The translations under genes and the position numbers were made by a program. From contig ADNK01001385.1 of assembly GCA_000320545.1 (NCBI GenBank), positions 8,101 through 72,100 on the forward strand: a stretch of DNA of 64,000 nucleotides, written 5' to 3'. Below are positions 35,785 through 48,871 of the stretch, piece after piece (the first letter of the stretch is position 1; the number at the start of each line of letters is the position of its first letter). Below the pieces are notes generated by a model. That model ran no database searches. It saw nothing but the letters and a program-made list of their open reading frames with translations, and was not told the DNA's origin. Source of the stretch: Bigelowiella natans CCMP2755 (Eukaryota; Protista; Cercozoa).

Positions 35785-38315
35785 CTAATCATGGAACACA
35801 CACAAAGGAACCACAGAAGGCCTACCATGAGCACAAATAAAGGGAAAGTTACACTGTTTCAAATTATTGATGATCTTCGTGATCTGAAATGTTGATAAAC
35901 TTTTTCCAAACATGATTGCTCCACGACAAGCTTTGGACTTTAATATTCGTCTTATAGCCGGAGGACGTACACAGTTAGAACTAACTGTTCTTTTCTTTGA
36001 TAGGTTGTACATTGTGTTAAGGAAATCTTTCAGATCAGTGCTAGATAATGACACTCCCATTACAATTGGTACAGCAAAAATTAAAGCTCCATTGTAATTC
36101 ACCTTGTTAGTATCACCCTGTGTTTCATAAAGTGAATACTCAAATCCCCACTTTCTAATTTCATATTTGTGTTCTTTCATCAGCTGTGCTTCGTCATGGG
36201 TCAGGAAAAGTTTCTCTGGCGTTTCCAGTCGATGTATCTTAAGAGAGAATGTACTCTGATTTTGGTCAATTTTCTTCATCATGTCTTCTAGTCTTATTCT
36301 TTCATCCGCTGAATTGTGACATAGCTTTTGTTAGTTTGCTCCACGTGATATATTACATGCTACTACATACATACCTGCATGCTGATCAACAGCTATAAGC
36401 AATCCATTTTCTTTCACATACAGGATCAAATATTTATTGTCTACCTGTCCTATCACCCTTGAATCACTTAACATTTTTTTGGTGATCTTTGTTGATACAA
36501 TGGAGATTGGTCTATTCATAGAATGTTTTTTACTTTGTTTTGATCTCTTAAACGCAGCAATTTTGAAATTTCCGATATAATTCCGTATTGATTGAGGAGG
36601 AAGAGTAGTGAATCGAATGTCAGCTTGTCTACTATCCCAAAATCCTCGGTTCTCATCGGGAAAGTCGAGAGTAAAGTCAAAGCCTTTCACTTCTATCGAT
36701 GTATGTCTCAGATTTTCTCTAACAGGTTCCAAAATAGGTTGATTCTGCTCCCGTTTCATCGATGAAAACGGTGCCTTCGTTAATGACGTAGCAAGTTGGG
36801 GTATTTTGCATGAGAAAGAAAAATTGTCTTTGCCGTTGATTGGTAGTTCAAATTCCTCCAGGTTGATTTCATCTTTTTTAGATTTTGTAACTGAAACAAA
36901 AGAATCGTCTTTGGTACACGTTCCACGCATCTTTCCTGAGAAAATCTTGACTTGAGAACCCTTGTAATTAGAAGCTACTCTCAAAGGAGTCTTATTGACT
37001 TTGAAGGAGGAAAAGCTGGGATGAGATCGCATAAGACTTGATCTAGGATAGAATGTTGATGTTGAAAACAGTTGTAATTCTCTATGCTTGGAAATAATCC
37101 CTGAATGAATAGCATCGAAAATGGATTGCAAGATTCCATCTTTATTTTGTAACAAAAAACTATCATGGGAGTTTCTTGAAATACATTTTTTAGTTTCAAG
37201 CTGGAGAAAGAAGACGAAATTTCCCTTCTCATTAGTATTTCCCAACGATGATGGTTTACTGTTATTGACCGTCTTTAGCCCAGGTTTCTCCATTACTATA
37301 AGTTGCTTTCGATAGTTGCTGAGAAGTAAGCAAACAAATTGCGAAATATCGTGGCCTCGAGAGATTGAATAGCCATTAAGATAGATAACTTGTCGTTCAC
37401 TCGATGCTATGACTACAGATGGAGAGAGTAAAACGCCTTGAATTGAACAGCAATTGTCATTGATAAGGTTTCCAAAAACATCAAGAACATATCGTGAAAA
37501 TAGGGATCCTAGAATATCTTCAATTCGAAGGGAGCTTGTATCTCGTTTCGGGAGGAAAATAGGTTGACGATCCTTAATCTTAAGAGTGAAGTATACCCAA
37601 TGGAATATGATTGATATGTTTTCAAAGGATCTGATGCATAAGGACAGATTTGTTCGGTTGAATTTTCAGCAAGAAGAAGGATATATTACGTTATCATTAA
37701 AATTCACATCACCGACGCATCTTCTTCAGAGTATTATCTTTGTTATAAATCATCTTTCTTCGGATAGGTAGTTGAAAATATAAATCTTCGATCTAAAAGG
37801 GAATATTTTGTAAGCTTATGTATGATGTACGAAAAGGTAATGCTCGAATTTAACCAAGCCATCATTGCCTCTGCCATCTCAACCTTAACTGTAGTTCCAG
37901 AAGATTCAACTTGAGGTAATGAGCGTTCCTTCATTATCTTGTTCCCACGCACAATAATTTCGAATCCGTGGAGCTCATTTTCAGGATAGCTGCGTATTGT
38001 CATGCAACTGAGGGTCGCTAGATGAACAAGGCTTCCAGTTTGGTCATAGACAGAATTAGTTTTCGGGAATAAAGATGATATAAGCTTGGCCTTCGAAATA
38101 CCTCTGCCATTGTCCACAATGCGAATGTCACCATTTGACAAATCTTGAGATCTGTCATCCATATGCAAAATGACTTCGACCCTCTGAGCACCTCCTTGAA
38201 CGCTGTTCTGTATGAGCTTGACTAATATGTCAGCTGGTTCTCGGAATATCTGTGATGCGGAAAGAAAATTCGCGGTAGCTCTTGAGAGCCGTTTGATGGA
38301 CGTTGGAGCGGACAT
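35785..38315 (-). CDS. MLH3: MutL-family mismatch repair / meiotic endonuclease MLH3
   Basis: GHKL-like N-terminus (IVDNGRGI, GTTVKV); GQVDNKY..AVDQHA|ADERIRLE across a short intron; SKACRGAIMFG; FICAHGRPS (MLH3-type rather than the PMS-type CPHGRPT). Confidence 0.88.
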
Positions 38316-38734
38316 TTCAAGTTTTGACGAAGCTTGAAGATAATGAAGACCGCCTTTAGAAAAAAGCAGGACATTTTACCCCTACGTCTTTGGGATTCTC
38401 AACATAAGCTTTCATTGGACATTTATTGTGTCGCAAGACGAGAAATCCAGTCGCTGAAGAATTTGCGTGTTCGTAATCAACGGAAGAATTGCTGTGCAGT
38501 CTGGTCCTGAGACAGCACAAAAAGCCTTCATTTTTCGAATATTGCTTGTATCATCAAACATACTTTTTCGGAAAAGGAAAAAAAATATTTGAGAAACGCA
38601 GGAACAAAGATACCCAAAATCTGTTTGGACAGTTTGGGTAAGGTGGTGAGGTGACCACAAAATCTTCCTTTTCTGCCACTTCACTTGATCTAACGGAGAG
38701 GGGGGCCTATTCTTTTGCTCTAACCCACCAGATC

Positions 38735-40234
38735 ATGTTCGAAGATATTGAGAGGAAAAAGAAAGAAAACCCTGGAATTCTTGGTGAAGCATACTTTGTT
38801 GGAAGACGTGCATTACTTGCATGGTATCATGTCATTGTTAACCAGAATACATGTAATTCGTATTTCTAAAGACCTCTTTGACTGTAGTTAATAATTATTG
38901 CCAGGGTTAATGAGCTATTAGATGAGGAATATACTAAAGTTGAGCAAATGGCGTCTGGTGTTGCTTATTGTCAGGTCGGTAGTGCAACAAAAATTACAAA
39001 AACGAATAAATCTTCTGATTTGCTCAAACTTTTAATGCAGATACTAGACGCGATTTTTCCGGGAAGGGTGCCCATGTCAAAAGTTTTGTTCAAGCCAAGA
39101 AACGATGGAGATTGGGTTAAAAACTTTAGAATTCTTCAGAAGGTCTTCGACAAAGAAAATGTTACCAAGCCTATTCCAAGTACAGTACTAAGAGTATTAT
39201 AACTGCAAAAAACTTGCACCTCTCATAGCTCAATACTTTTTCTAGTCATGAAACTGATTAAGGCAAAGTATCAGGACAATCTAGAGTTTATGCAATGGAT
39301 GAAGGTACAAAGTATAAAATGGAATTGAGTGTATTACTATAATACTGTGTTATATGTTACTTGCAGAACTTCTTTGACGTGAGACACAGCGGAGAGCCAT
39401 ATGATGCTGCAGGAAGAAAAAGAGCGGCACTTAAGAAACAAAAAAGTGGCAAGTAATGGTCCATCGATGGGATGTTTAGAAAATGATGAATATATGAACT
39501 TTAAAAGTCTACCTGCAACTGAATATAAATATCGTTGAAGGTCTTCAGCTCCTCCAAGCCCTTTTAAGTCAAGATCTCTAGCGCGTAAAAAGGAATCCAA
39601 GTCCCAAAATGGGACGCCAAAAAAAACTTCCAGTTCTAGAACTCCTCCACGATCTGCATCGGGTTCAAGAAGGCCTAATTCGGGCAGTACAAGGCCTACT
39701 TCTGGGACGAAAAGAAGCACAGGAAAATCAGCACGCGCCAGATCTCATGAGGGGAGCATCAACCTGCTGAAACAAAAAATTGAAGAAATGACTGTTCAAC
39801 TAGAGGATCAAAACGAGCATATCGAAGTTCTTGAAAAGGTACACTTCATTGACATGAACGAATTTCCATGTTCTACCAATCAGTCTCCCACAAAAGGGTA
39901 TGATCTGAACATAGGTCAACTAATCATATTGTACCCACCCCGGTAAAATAGGAGCGTATGTTCTATTATGGGAAACTACGGGAGATTGAGGAATTACTAC
40001 AGGTCTACATACAACCCATGCGTTATTTACAAAAATAATTATTTGCATCAAAATTAGAGTGATGAAGAACTCGAAAAGCAAAATATATTGGACATCCTAT
40101 ATCGCACCGATGAAGAAGGAACATTTGAAACGCCAGTTGATGATGAACTTGAAGCTGAAGAGGAACCTATTGACAGTGAAGAGGCCAGGGAACAGCATAA
40201 AGAAGGATCGGCAGAAGAGGTAGAAGAATATTAA
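38735..40234 (+). CDS. EB1: Microtubule end-binding protein EB1 (MAPRE family), multi-exon
   Basis: AYFVGRRALLAW, KVEQMASGVAYCQILD, NFRILQKVF, KAKYQDNLEFMQWMK, LEKERMFYYGKLREIE, ILDILY; acidic tail ending EEY*. Confidence 0.93.
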
Positions 40235-40559
40235 AATTCTTAAAGGATGTTTCAGCTCTTACAAGGATCGGTGGGTCTTCAAATATATACACATAATGAC
40301 TTTTATTTGAACATGAATAGAATGCTGGCCAAACAATGTCATTCTTTGTGGATTTGACTATGCTCGCCGATGTACTACTTCCTCTGTAATATGTACATGT
40401 ATCTCGATGTATGTTGTAAGAGTTTGAGAGGCTTATTTGCCACCAAGCCCAAATTGTGTGTACATCACGCTGGCTATTTGTCTGCGCAAGCAATTAGCGA
40501 TGTAAATACGAGCAAGCTATTGTTTTCGATACGTGGTTAAATCGCTGTCTCACACGCTA

Positions 40560-41520
40560 GCAGGTGCGCCAGGCTTATCTAGTCGTGGCAAAAGTCCAAA
40601 TTGTCACATTGGCCGAAATGAATGCACCAACTTGCTTGGAACACTTTGTGATAATCTAGCTAGCTAGCTAGCTAGACTTGTGAGACGGATGTAATGAACA
40701 AATTAAAAATTTTCAATGGTCATCCTGATGTAGCTGTGCAATGCAGCAGCTACAGCGCTGATGTTGTGTCTGTTGGTTTCTGCCACAATGTGTTTCATGC
40801 ATGTGAAAGCATCCTCTTTCGACCGATGATGGCGCGCATTGCGCGCAACAATTCTTGAATCTTTTTCAGCCTTTGTCAGCCGTTTGGTCTCGTCGTTGCG
40901 ATTCATGATTGCGCTCATTTGATTGCGCAATCTGATTTGTTGTTGACCATGTCTAGCATATGTTGGACATTGCAGGAGATGATCCATGTCCTTCAGGATG
41001 CCACATGCATCGCACGTGGCATCTGTCTCTAGCTAGACTTGTAGATGCGGAATTTCATGTGTCACATGCTAGCATGCACTACTCTTGTGCTAGACTTTTA
41101 CGGTGACATGGTTGTTCATCAAATTGGCTAGTTGGGGTGCACATCTAGACATGAAACACCCCCACCAGGCTAGCATGCAGGACATGTCAAAGACAACATG
41201 CAGACACATCTTTTTCGCACATCAAAGTTGCACAGCAACTGTCTAGCTGTGTTTTCTCTTAAGTGCTCTAGCAATGTGTTCATGCTAGCTAGCTAGCATG
41301 TAATGACGACATCCCACATAGACATGGACCATGTGGATTGCTAGATTGGTTGAAATTGGAATGACCACATGAAACAATCTAGCAATTGCTTCTAGCTGCT
41401 CAGGCATTTGCTCGATCATTCCACACGAGCTAGCGAGCTTCACTTCTAGACTTGTAGAAGTGCGTGACCATGCGAAGCGCATTGCTAACTCTAGAGCTAG
41501 CTAGATCTAGAGATCGCATG
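40560..41520. repeat. TpA-depleted, CTAG-rich degenerate repeat island
   Basis: 21 of 29 TA dinucleotides in 40981-41520 are in CTAG (hand count); 40680-40815 is homologous to 20570-20710. Confidence 0.8.
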
Positions 41521-41753
41521 TCACATTGCGAAGAGGTTGTGCAACGGGGATTCAAGGAACTCGGCGCTCTCATCAACAACCTGAACAGCATTGGACGACA
41601 TCGAGGTAGGACACGATTGATTTCTTAGAGCGTTTGTACAAGAAAGATGTGTATCACAGTTCATAGTTGGTTGGGAGGTTGATGCTTCGCGGACAAATCC
41701 TGCATTTGTCTTTTCAGCCTTTTTTCAATTGACGAGGTATCACTGTCCCTGCA

Positions 41754-42290
41754 TCATGATTTAGACTTACTTACTTTTATAGATCCTAATTTGCGAGACG
41801 AGGAGAACTTTCTTTGAGAAGGGGACTTTGACGTACTTTTAGAAGGGGGTTTGATCTTCTTCGAGAGGGGGGCTTTGATTTTCCTTTGGAAGATGTTTTG
41901 GGATTCTGGCTTCCTTTCAAAAACATGTTGAGCTCCGCATCTCGGATCTTTTATTCCATCTGAGCTGGAGCTAATCTCTCTGGCTTCCACTTTGTGGTAT
42001 TTTCTATCAAGAGGTTGCTGTTCACTCCTTTTTTTCTTTTCGGCTCCTTTTTTAAGAATCGCATCATAAACTTTAACGTATGAGCAGGCCTTGTCAGGAT
42101 AAGATGGAAACCTATCAGTCGCCTTGGAGTGCACCAGCTCCTCGCCTACAATGATTTCAAACTTCCCTGCACCTCTGATCACGTGTATGGATGAAATGTC
42201 CTTCTACTCGAATAGTTCATGGCAAAGGCTGTGAGGATCAGTTACCACATCCCATGCATCAGTGCATCAGAGCAGTCCTCTATCGCAAGG
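41754..42290 (-). pseudogene. Rdx (SelW/SelT/SelH-like) domain remnant with a basic tail; exon structure unresolved
   Basis: RGAGKFEIIVGEELVHSKATDRFP matches the Rdx G.FE(I/V)...L(V/I)HSK..FP pattern; in-frame TAG and TGA upstream. Confidence 0.4.
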
Positions 42291-42898
42291 CGTACTTTTG
42301 CACTTTTGCATTGGCTTGCGTCCGCCCTTTGTAGAATAGTATGTACTTTACTCTGTTCCATTCTGGCAATGAGCCACTGCGAAGAGTGCCGCACTTCTTC
42401 GACTTGCATTCACCTTTGCCCCATCCTTCTGCCTTCCTGGAGTTAATATCGGATGGGAAGGAAAGGAAAAACCGGAGGAAAAACCGTGTGTGTTGTGGCA
42501 GTCTAGTCGTCAATGCATTAAGCAGCGTCATTAAAGTAGATCTAGTTGTCGCAGATAAAAAATGTCCTAAGATTAGCTTACATGCGCGTTACCTTCTTAT
42601 TTTTAGCTTTTTTAGGGTCATTCTCCGTCACACTAGATCTATTCTTGATGAGATATTTTAGACACAGCCGTTACATGAATTCAGATTTATGACGTCGACG
42701 GTTTATTTTGGAAACTGCCCATCCATATATCCATATCCATTTGGAATGCAAAATCTTAGTCCATTCCTACAATAATCACTTTATGCCAGTCAGTGCCAGC
42801 GATACGTGCGTAGATATTTATCATTTTATTAGTTAATAGTCACATTTCAAAGGCATCCTCACCACAGCTCCCCAACTCACGGCCTCTTACCTCCAAAG

Positions 42899-43113
42899 AT
42901 GAAGTTCATGATTACTTACGAGATTCCTCAGGACAAATACCTCCCAACCATGTCTGCTTTTGGCGCCATGAGCGTCGAGGTGACACCATTTCTAATCACA
43001 TCCACGCACGCTTTCAATCATTCTATTTTTTTTTTATGACATTTTTTTCACAAATATTTTGTTACACACAAACTCATCTTTAGAAAACCGTGGTTTTGCA
43101 TTTGCGCTTGTGC

Positions 43114-43154
<41 letters not shown>

Positions 43155-43603
43155 AGCATCGAAGGGACCAGTTTGAAAATTTTCCTCATTTCGCTGAGCC
43201 AGTCATTCATTTCCGAACTGACCCGCAGGACGACAAGAAGGACATGGGCCCAGACATCAAACTTCTGGGCCGTTACCATGACCTAGCAGGCAAAAGAGGC
43301 TGGGCTATCGTTGAAGCTGCAACCTTGGAAATCGTGTCTGCGGTGAGATTTCAACATTTCCCATGTTTTCTCTCACGTACATGCATTGCATGTCATTCGG
43401 GTGTGCTGACGCTGTTAGAATTCGCTAGAAACACCTTCACAACTACGTCCTATTTCTAATATTATTTTTGTGTGTCACGTTATGTGTGCATCTAGTGGGG
43501 CCTCAACTGGGCAGGAGCGTGTCAAATAACCTGTACTCCCGTCCTCGATGACAAGTCTGCCCGAGCCGTGCTCTCTTCCCATCCGTTGTGCAAAAAAAAA
43601 TAG
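42899..43603 (+). CDS. DUF3303-family small protein, 3 exons
   Basis: MKFMITYEIP..|..IKLLGRYHDLAGKRGWAIVEA..|WGLNWAGACQITCTPVLDDKSARAVL..KKK*; GT-AG introns. Confidence 0.75.
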
Positions 43604-45168
43604 ACATGTGTGTAGATGTCTGCAGGAACGGTTGAGTGGTAGAATTACTCATGAGGCTCTGCTGCATGACAAAACACACATGTGTGCATGTGTCTACGCT
43701 TGAGTTCATTTTTCATTATTGCATTTGTTGCATTGATGCTGTGCTGGCTTGCATGATGACCAATGTTCTAACCTGTGGAGTGAACTGCATGAATGGCCGT
43801 CCATGTTGATCGTTTGTTGCGCGAACATTTTCAACATATCCCATGCACGTACAAGATGCGATTGCGGCACACGTGTGCACAATGAGGCGGCTGTCCGGCC
43901 ACACATGTGCGCAAGAGGGATGTGATTGATCAATTTGGCATTTATTGTGTTCAGTGGTCATCTTCACATCTTCACATGTAGCTGACATGCAACGCAAAGC
44001 ATGCACTTGCGTATGTAATATTAACACAATGTATTGCTATGTCCACGTAATCTTCCGTCGATCCATCGCTGGAACGTGGGCTGTCCGCGCCACGGTATCG
44101 TACGCACGTACACGCAGATCTTTGCCATGCACAAAGAAAGAGATACATTGTTCAGACGCAAAGCAACCAGACCTCTGCAAGCTTGTCACAGCAAGCATTG
44201 AATGACGAGCAAAAATCATCGGTCATCATCATATATGACGTATACCTGCGCCCCTCAATGATGACACATTTGAAATGATGATATGCTGCGCGTCATTGCT
44301 CATGTTAATGCCTGTGTAGCTAGATCATCTGATCGATAGGACATCGGATCGCATGCAATACGATGTACATGGCGTACAATGGTTACCGTTTATCATCACA
44401 GCGTAGATTCACGCTACGTACATGCGCGAAACGCGAGACATTGTTGCATGCTAGCATGCTCATGCATGCAGCGCACAGCAGACCGAAACAACATGCATTT
44501 CATTTCCATAAAATACGTACATCACGACAAGCGGAGATCAACAGATTCAACACTAGAGCAGTATAAGCAGCTGCTGCATTGCACATAATATATCCGTCTT
44601 ACGTTGTCTATAATCTGTGCAGCGCTTCATATAGGTCATGCTAAACTCCGCACTGCTACATGCGACAACACAGCTGATTTATTTAGACAGCTGACTTATT
44701 TAGTTGTATGTACTAACCAAACTTTTTCATCACACGAGAAGAGAAATCATACGTAAAAAATTTATGCACATGCAGCACTTCTTATTTTAATATTATATTA
44801 CTTTCCATATTTATGTTCTTTGTAATTGTTTTTTATATTAACTCCTACTTACACCCAATGTTTGAAATTCTTTCACACCGATAGAAATTTTCGAACGATA
44901 TGTGAGACTCACGCCATCGAAGACAAACTCATATACCGACATTCATCCGTCATGATCCACCGTCGGAGTCAAGATATATTATCATATATTTGGATATTCT
45001 TTGGAGTAAATACTTCCTCATCTTAATCATTGGTATTCATAGCAACTCTTTGGTAGAATAGTCATAAGAAAATGCCCTCCCTCTCCAGCCACCAGCTATC
45101 ATGCACCCCAACAGGTGTGCACGTTACGGGGTTACAGAGAGTGCAGTGTGCTGCTACTGTTGCTAAAT

Positions 45169-47115
45169 TTACTTCTTCTTCGAATGTCTCTTGACGCGGT
45201 TGAAAGGTGTAACATTGTCATTCATCACGAAGTTGTACATGACGGCGCTCCAAGAATCGTGACCTGGTGATGATGATGGTTCAAGATACGCGGACAGTAA
45301 GGAGCTTGTTTGATGAGAAGAAAGGAGGGGGATGAAAGTGTTTTCGGTGAAAAAATACAGCAAAGCAGCACACTCTTACATGGGATATCATTGTAGAATT
45401 CCGGAGCAATTTTGCGCAACAATGGAAGTCTGCAAAAAAAGTTGCCATACTCGCGTCAGACAGTGATATTTTCAATCTTAACGAAACTATTCAGTCTTCA
45501 TTTCATAACCACCATCATCATCGCTATCCTTGCGTCATCCTTGTTTTTTTACCTGGACCAAGGAATGGCTGGGAAGTCATGGTGTTCGTTGTGGTAGCCG
45601 ACATTAAATGTAATCTTGTTCAGGGGACCATAGTATGAGTAAGTCTGCAAGAGGAGGGGGCACACATTTCGGTTAATAAATGAATCAGACAGTTAGTGGT
45701 AGTAGCTGCGAAGCGCAACTGCGAATCTCACTACGAAGAATACAATTATGTGAAGGAACGCATAGAGAAAGAGGCGAGGGTGGGGGTGAAGGTCTTTACC
45801 TCATTGTCATCTCGGAAAACCATGTGCTCCGCGAGAAAGTGCCCAGCACAAGGATGCAGCGAGGCTGTTGTTAGTTGAATGAGGTCATTGAAGGAAATGC
45901 TGCGTGTGGTCAACTCTGAACATTCGGGCCCTTAGGTCAGTAGTTTTCGGTCTCACTTCTATGCTAACCACTTTATTGATTTACAACTATGAGATTTAGT
46001 GCACAGTCTCATCATTATCATCATCATCATCATCTAGGTTTTTCCGCCGCAGCAGCAGGTTCTTACCGAGCATGACAGCCGTAAAGCAGAAGAGAGGAAC
46101 TTCATAGCCAAAGGTCTTGTACATAAAGAAGTTGGTCTGATAATGACGTATGACATTGAATAATATTAATAATTATTATTAATAATATAACGTTGCTGAT
46201 ACAGTTCGTGCTAACAATATATGCTCGCAGGCACACAGATACCCCCACACAAACACACACACACACATATAAATAATACATACTTAATTTATAATAACTT
46301 CAAACTTCTGGCGTAAGTGAAGCAATACTATCAGCACTACTTATTGTCCACATAACATATGTTTACACCATCATTGTAGGAGATCATCAGCTACAAGTTT
46401 GGAATTTCACATTATGGCTAAAAATTAGTCTTCCTGGTTCTCGCAAATAAAACATCCATCTTTCAATGCGTGATATTTCTTCTTCTAACGAGGCAATTAT
46501 TGTTTACCCCAAAGACGATGACATGGTTAATTAGGTGCCAGAAAGTAGGACTCTTTGGCCGCGTGAGCAGAGGGCGAAGCGTGTAAACAAACTGCAAGCA
46601 AATTCATCACCTCACCATTTATTTACAATCTCACAATGAAATCCCGTGACGCTTCGCTGCAGTGCTGTTGTGGAAATCGAAAGTATCACATCGCTGCACT
46701 ATGCTCCGAACAGGTATGCATCTTCAATGCCATGTCGCCGCAGCCTCGAAAACACAATGGTGATATTCTTCTTACCAGCATTGCAGCAAGGTATATGGTC
46801 TTCAGTATCTTCCCCTGAAAGAAGTTACCTTCCCATTCCTTTGCAGCATGTTTAACGATCATGTCAACAACAAACGGAAGAAAGAAACAAGGAGAAACTA
46901 AATTTGCGATACACTCGCCACAAAATTCCATTCATAAAATATCTTGCTTGTTTAGTTTAACCCTCAAATTATACTTAATCTATAGCAGTCACCGTTGGAA
47001 GATCAGTGTCGTATTGTTCATCGCCCTGCAATTTGTGGTGTTCGAAGTGATAGGCTGTGAAAAAAGGGGGAGAAAGGAGGGGGAAAGAATCGAACATTAA
47101 TATGCGGGAGAAACG

Positions 47116-47156
<41 letters not shown>

Positions 47157-48371
47157 CCTCTTATTTATTGTCCTAGTATCAGAAATTATGAATAATTCTG
47201 TAGCTATATTCTGTTGGTCATTCATATTTTATGTGAGGGAAACCTACCTTTGAAGTCGATAACGTAAGGGACGCAAATGGGGGTCTGAGGTGGTTTTGAA
47301 ACAAAAATCAAAGAAATAGAACATATCCTCTTGTGAGGCAAGAAAAAAACAAAGGCGCGAGAGAACGATGGAAGTAGCATAGGCGTCGAACATAGTCACT
47401 AAATCATCCTCATGCTAGTCTCTCCCCCCTTCCACAAACCTGTGTGAAGATGGCAAGTAGCTTGCTCAAGGTAAAGGAGCGGAAAGCAAGATTGTGCACG
47501 ATCTGAAGGGAGAACGTGGAAATGAGGAGGCTGCGGATAGAAAACTTTGGTTCCGATTGGTTGAAAAGAAATATTCAAAGACCATCAGCAAACCGCACTG
47601 CCTTCTACCTCATGCGTGGCGAGAAAGATGCTGTGGACCATAGTGCTTCCGATAAAGTAGCAAACGAGGAACCTGGTTATGAGTGAGCCGAACTTATTTG
47701 TCAACTCTATTTTGAAGTATGGATTACAGATTGTTGCTGTTCTCTACAATCATGAGTTACAGGCTCTTTTTCTCTTTCTCTCCCTCTCTCTCTCCCTACT
47801 CTCTGTTTATATATATGTATATGTATATATGTATATGTATATATGTATATATTACAAACATGAGACTTTTGTATTGCATAATGGTCATGATATGCTAGAC
47901 AACCAGGGAAGGGTTCCCACATAGCTCTTCATAGCTATCGCTGTCAGGTATTGGACAGCCACCATTCCGACGACAATGTACTTGGTCAGTGGTTCTACAC
48001 CGAACAGTTTTTTTACCTATCAAAAAAGATACATTTGTTGAGAATATGAGGAAGAAGAAGAAGAAGAAGAAGAAGAAGAAGAAGAAGAAGAAGAAGAAGA
48101 AGAAGAAATCATTTTGTTTCAAAGTCCAATGGCGTAGAAGTCAACCTCAGGATGCGCTTTTTGAATGGCGTTGCGTCGATCAACATGTGGTTCGCGGTCT
48201 TCCTTCCAGACGAAATTCTGATTGCAGGTACCAAAACTGAGCACACAGTCTTTCTCTACTCTCTCTCACATATGTATATTGTTCTTTCTTCTTCTGTATC
48301 CTTCATACAGTGAGTTTAGGTTTGGAATCATCAAAAGGCTGGGTTGCGGTCAGGGTCACGGTCGCCGTCAT
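45169..48371 (-). CDS. DEGS1: Sphingolipid delta-4 desaturase (DES1/DEGS), multi-exon
   Basis: [88 protein letters not shown]; three His boxes. Confidence 0.93.
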
Positions 48372-48871
48372 CTTGGGGTGTTGATCGCAGAGTGAACTCG
48401 TGATGAAGTTGTACGCCGCACAGCTAAGATCTGAAAAGCAGATTTCTACATTCTATTTGCGTTCACAATCCCAAAATATTGCGCCGTATGGTAAAATAGT
48501 TTGTCGCTTAGTAGAATCACATGGTATTTCGGCATCCATTGTATTTTCTGATCCCTCGGCAGAACTGAATAGTGGAAAGACAAACTGAAAATATCCATCC
48601 GTTTTATTTTTTGTGGATGATGTTGGCTCGCATTTTTTGAGGGGAAAATACCATAAAAACCTTCCGAGCAAGCCTGATCGGTTTTGTCTCGTAGCTATCT
48701 TTATTATTGTCAATGGTACAAATTAAACTCATACATTTTACGTCTATTTTACACCTGCGACAATACGTAGAAAGTTTATTCGTAATTTAACGATTTAGAA
48801 GGATAAATCTATATTGCGACAACCATTTCTTTCATAGCTGGCACAAGTTTCCTTTCTCTCCTTCTTGACCC

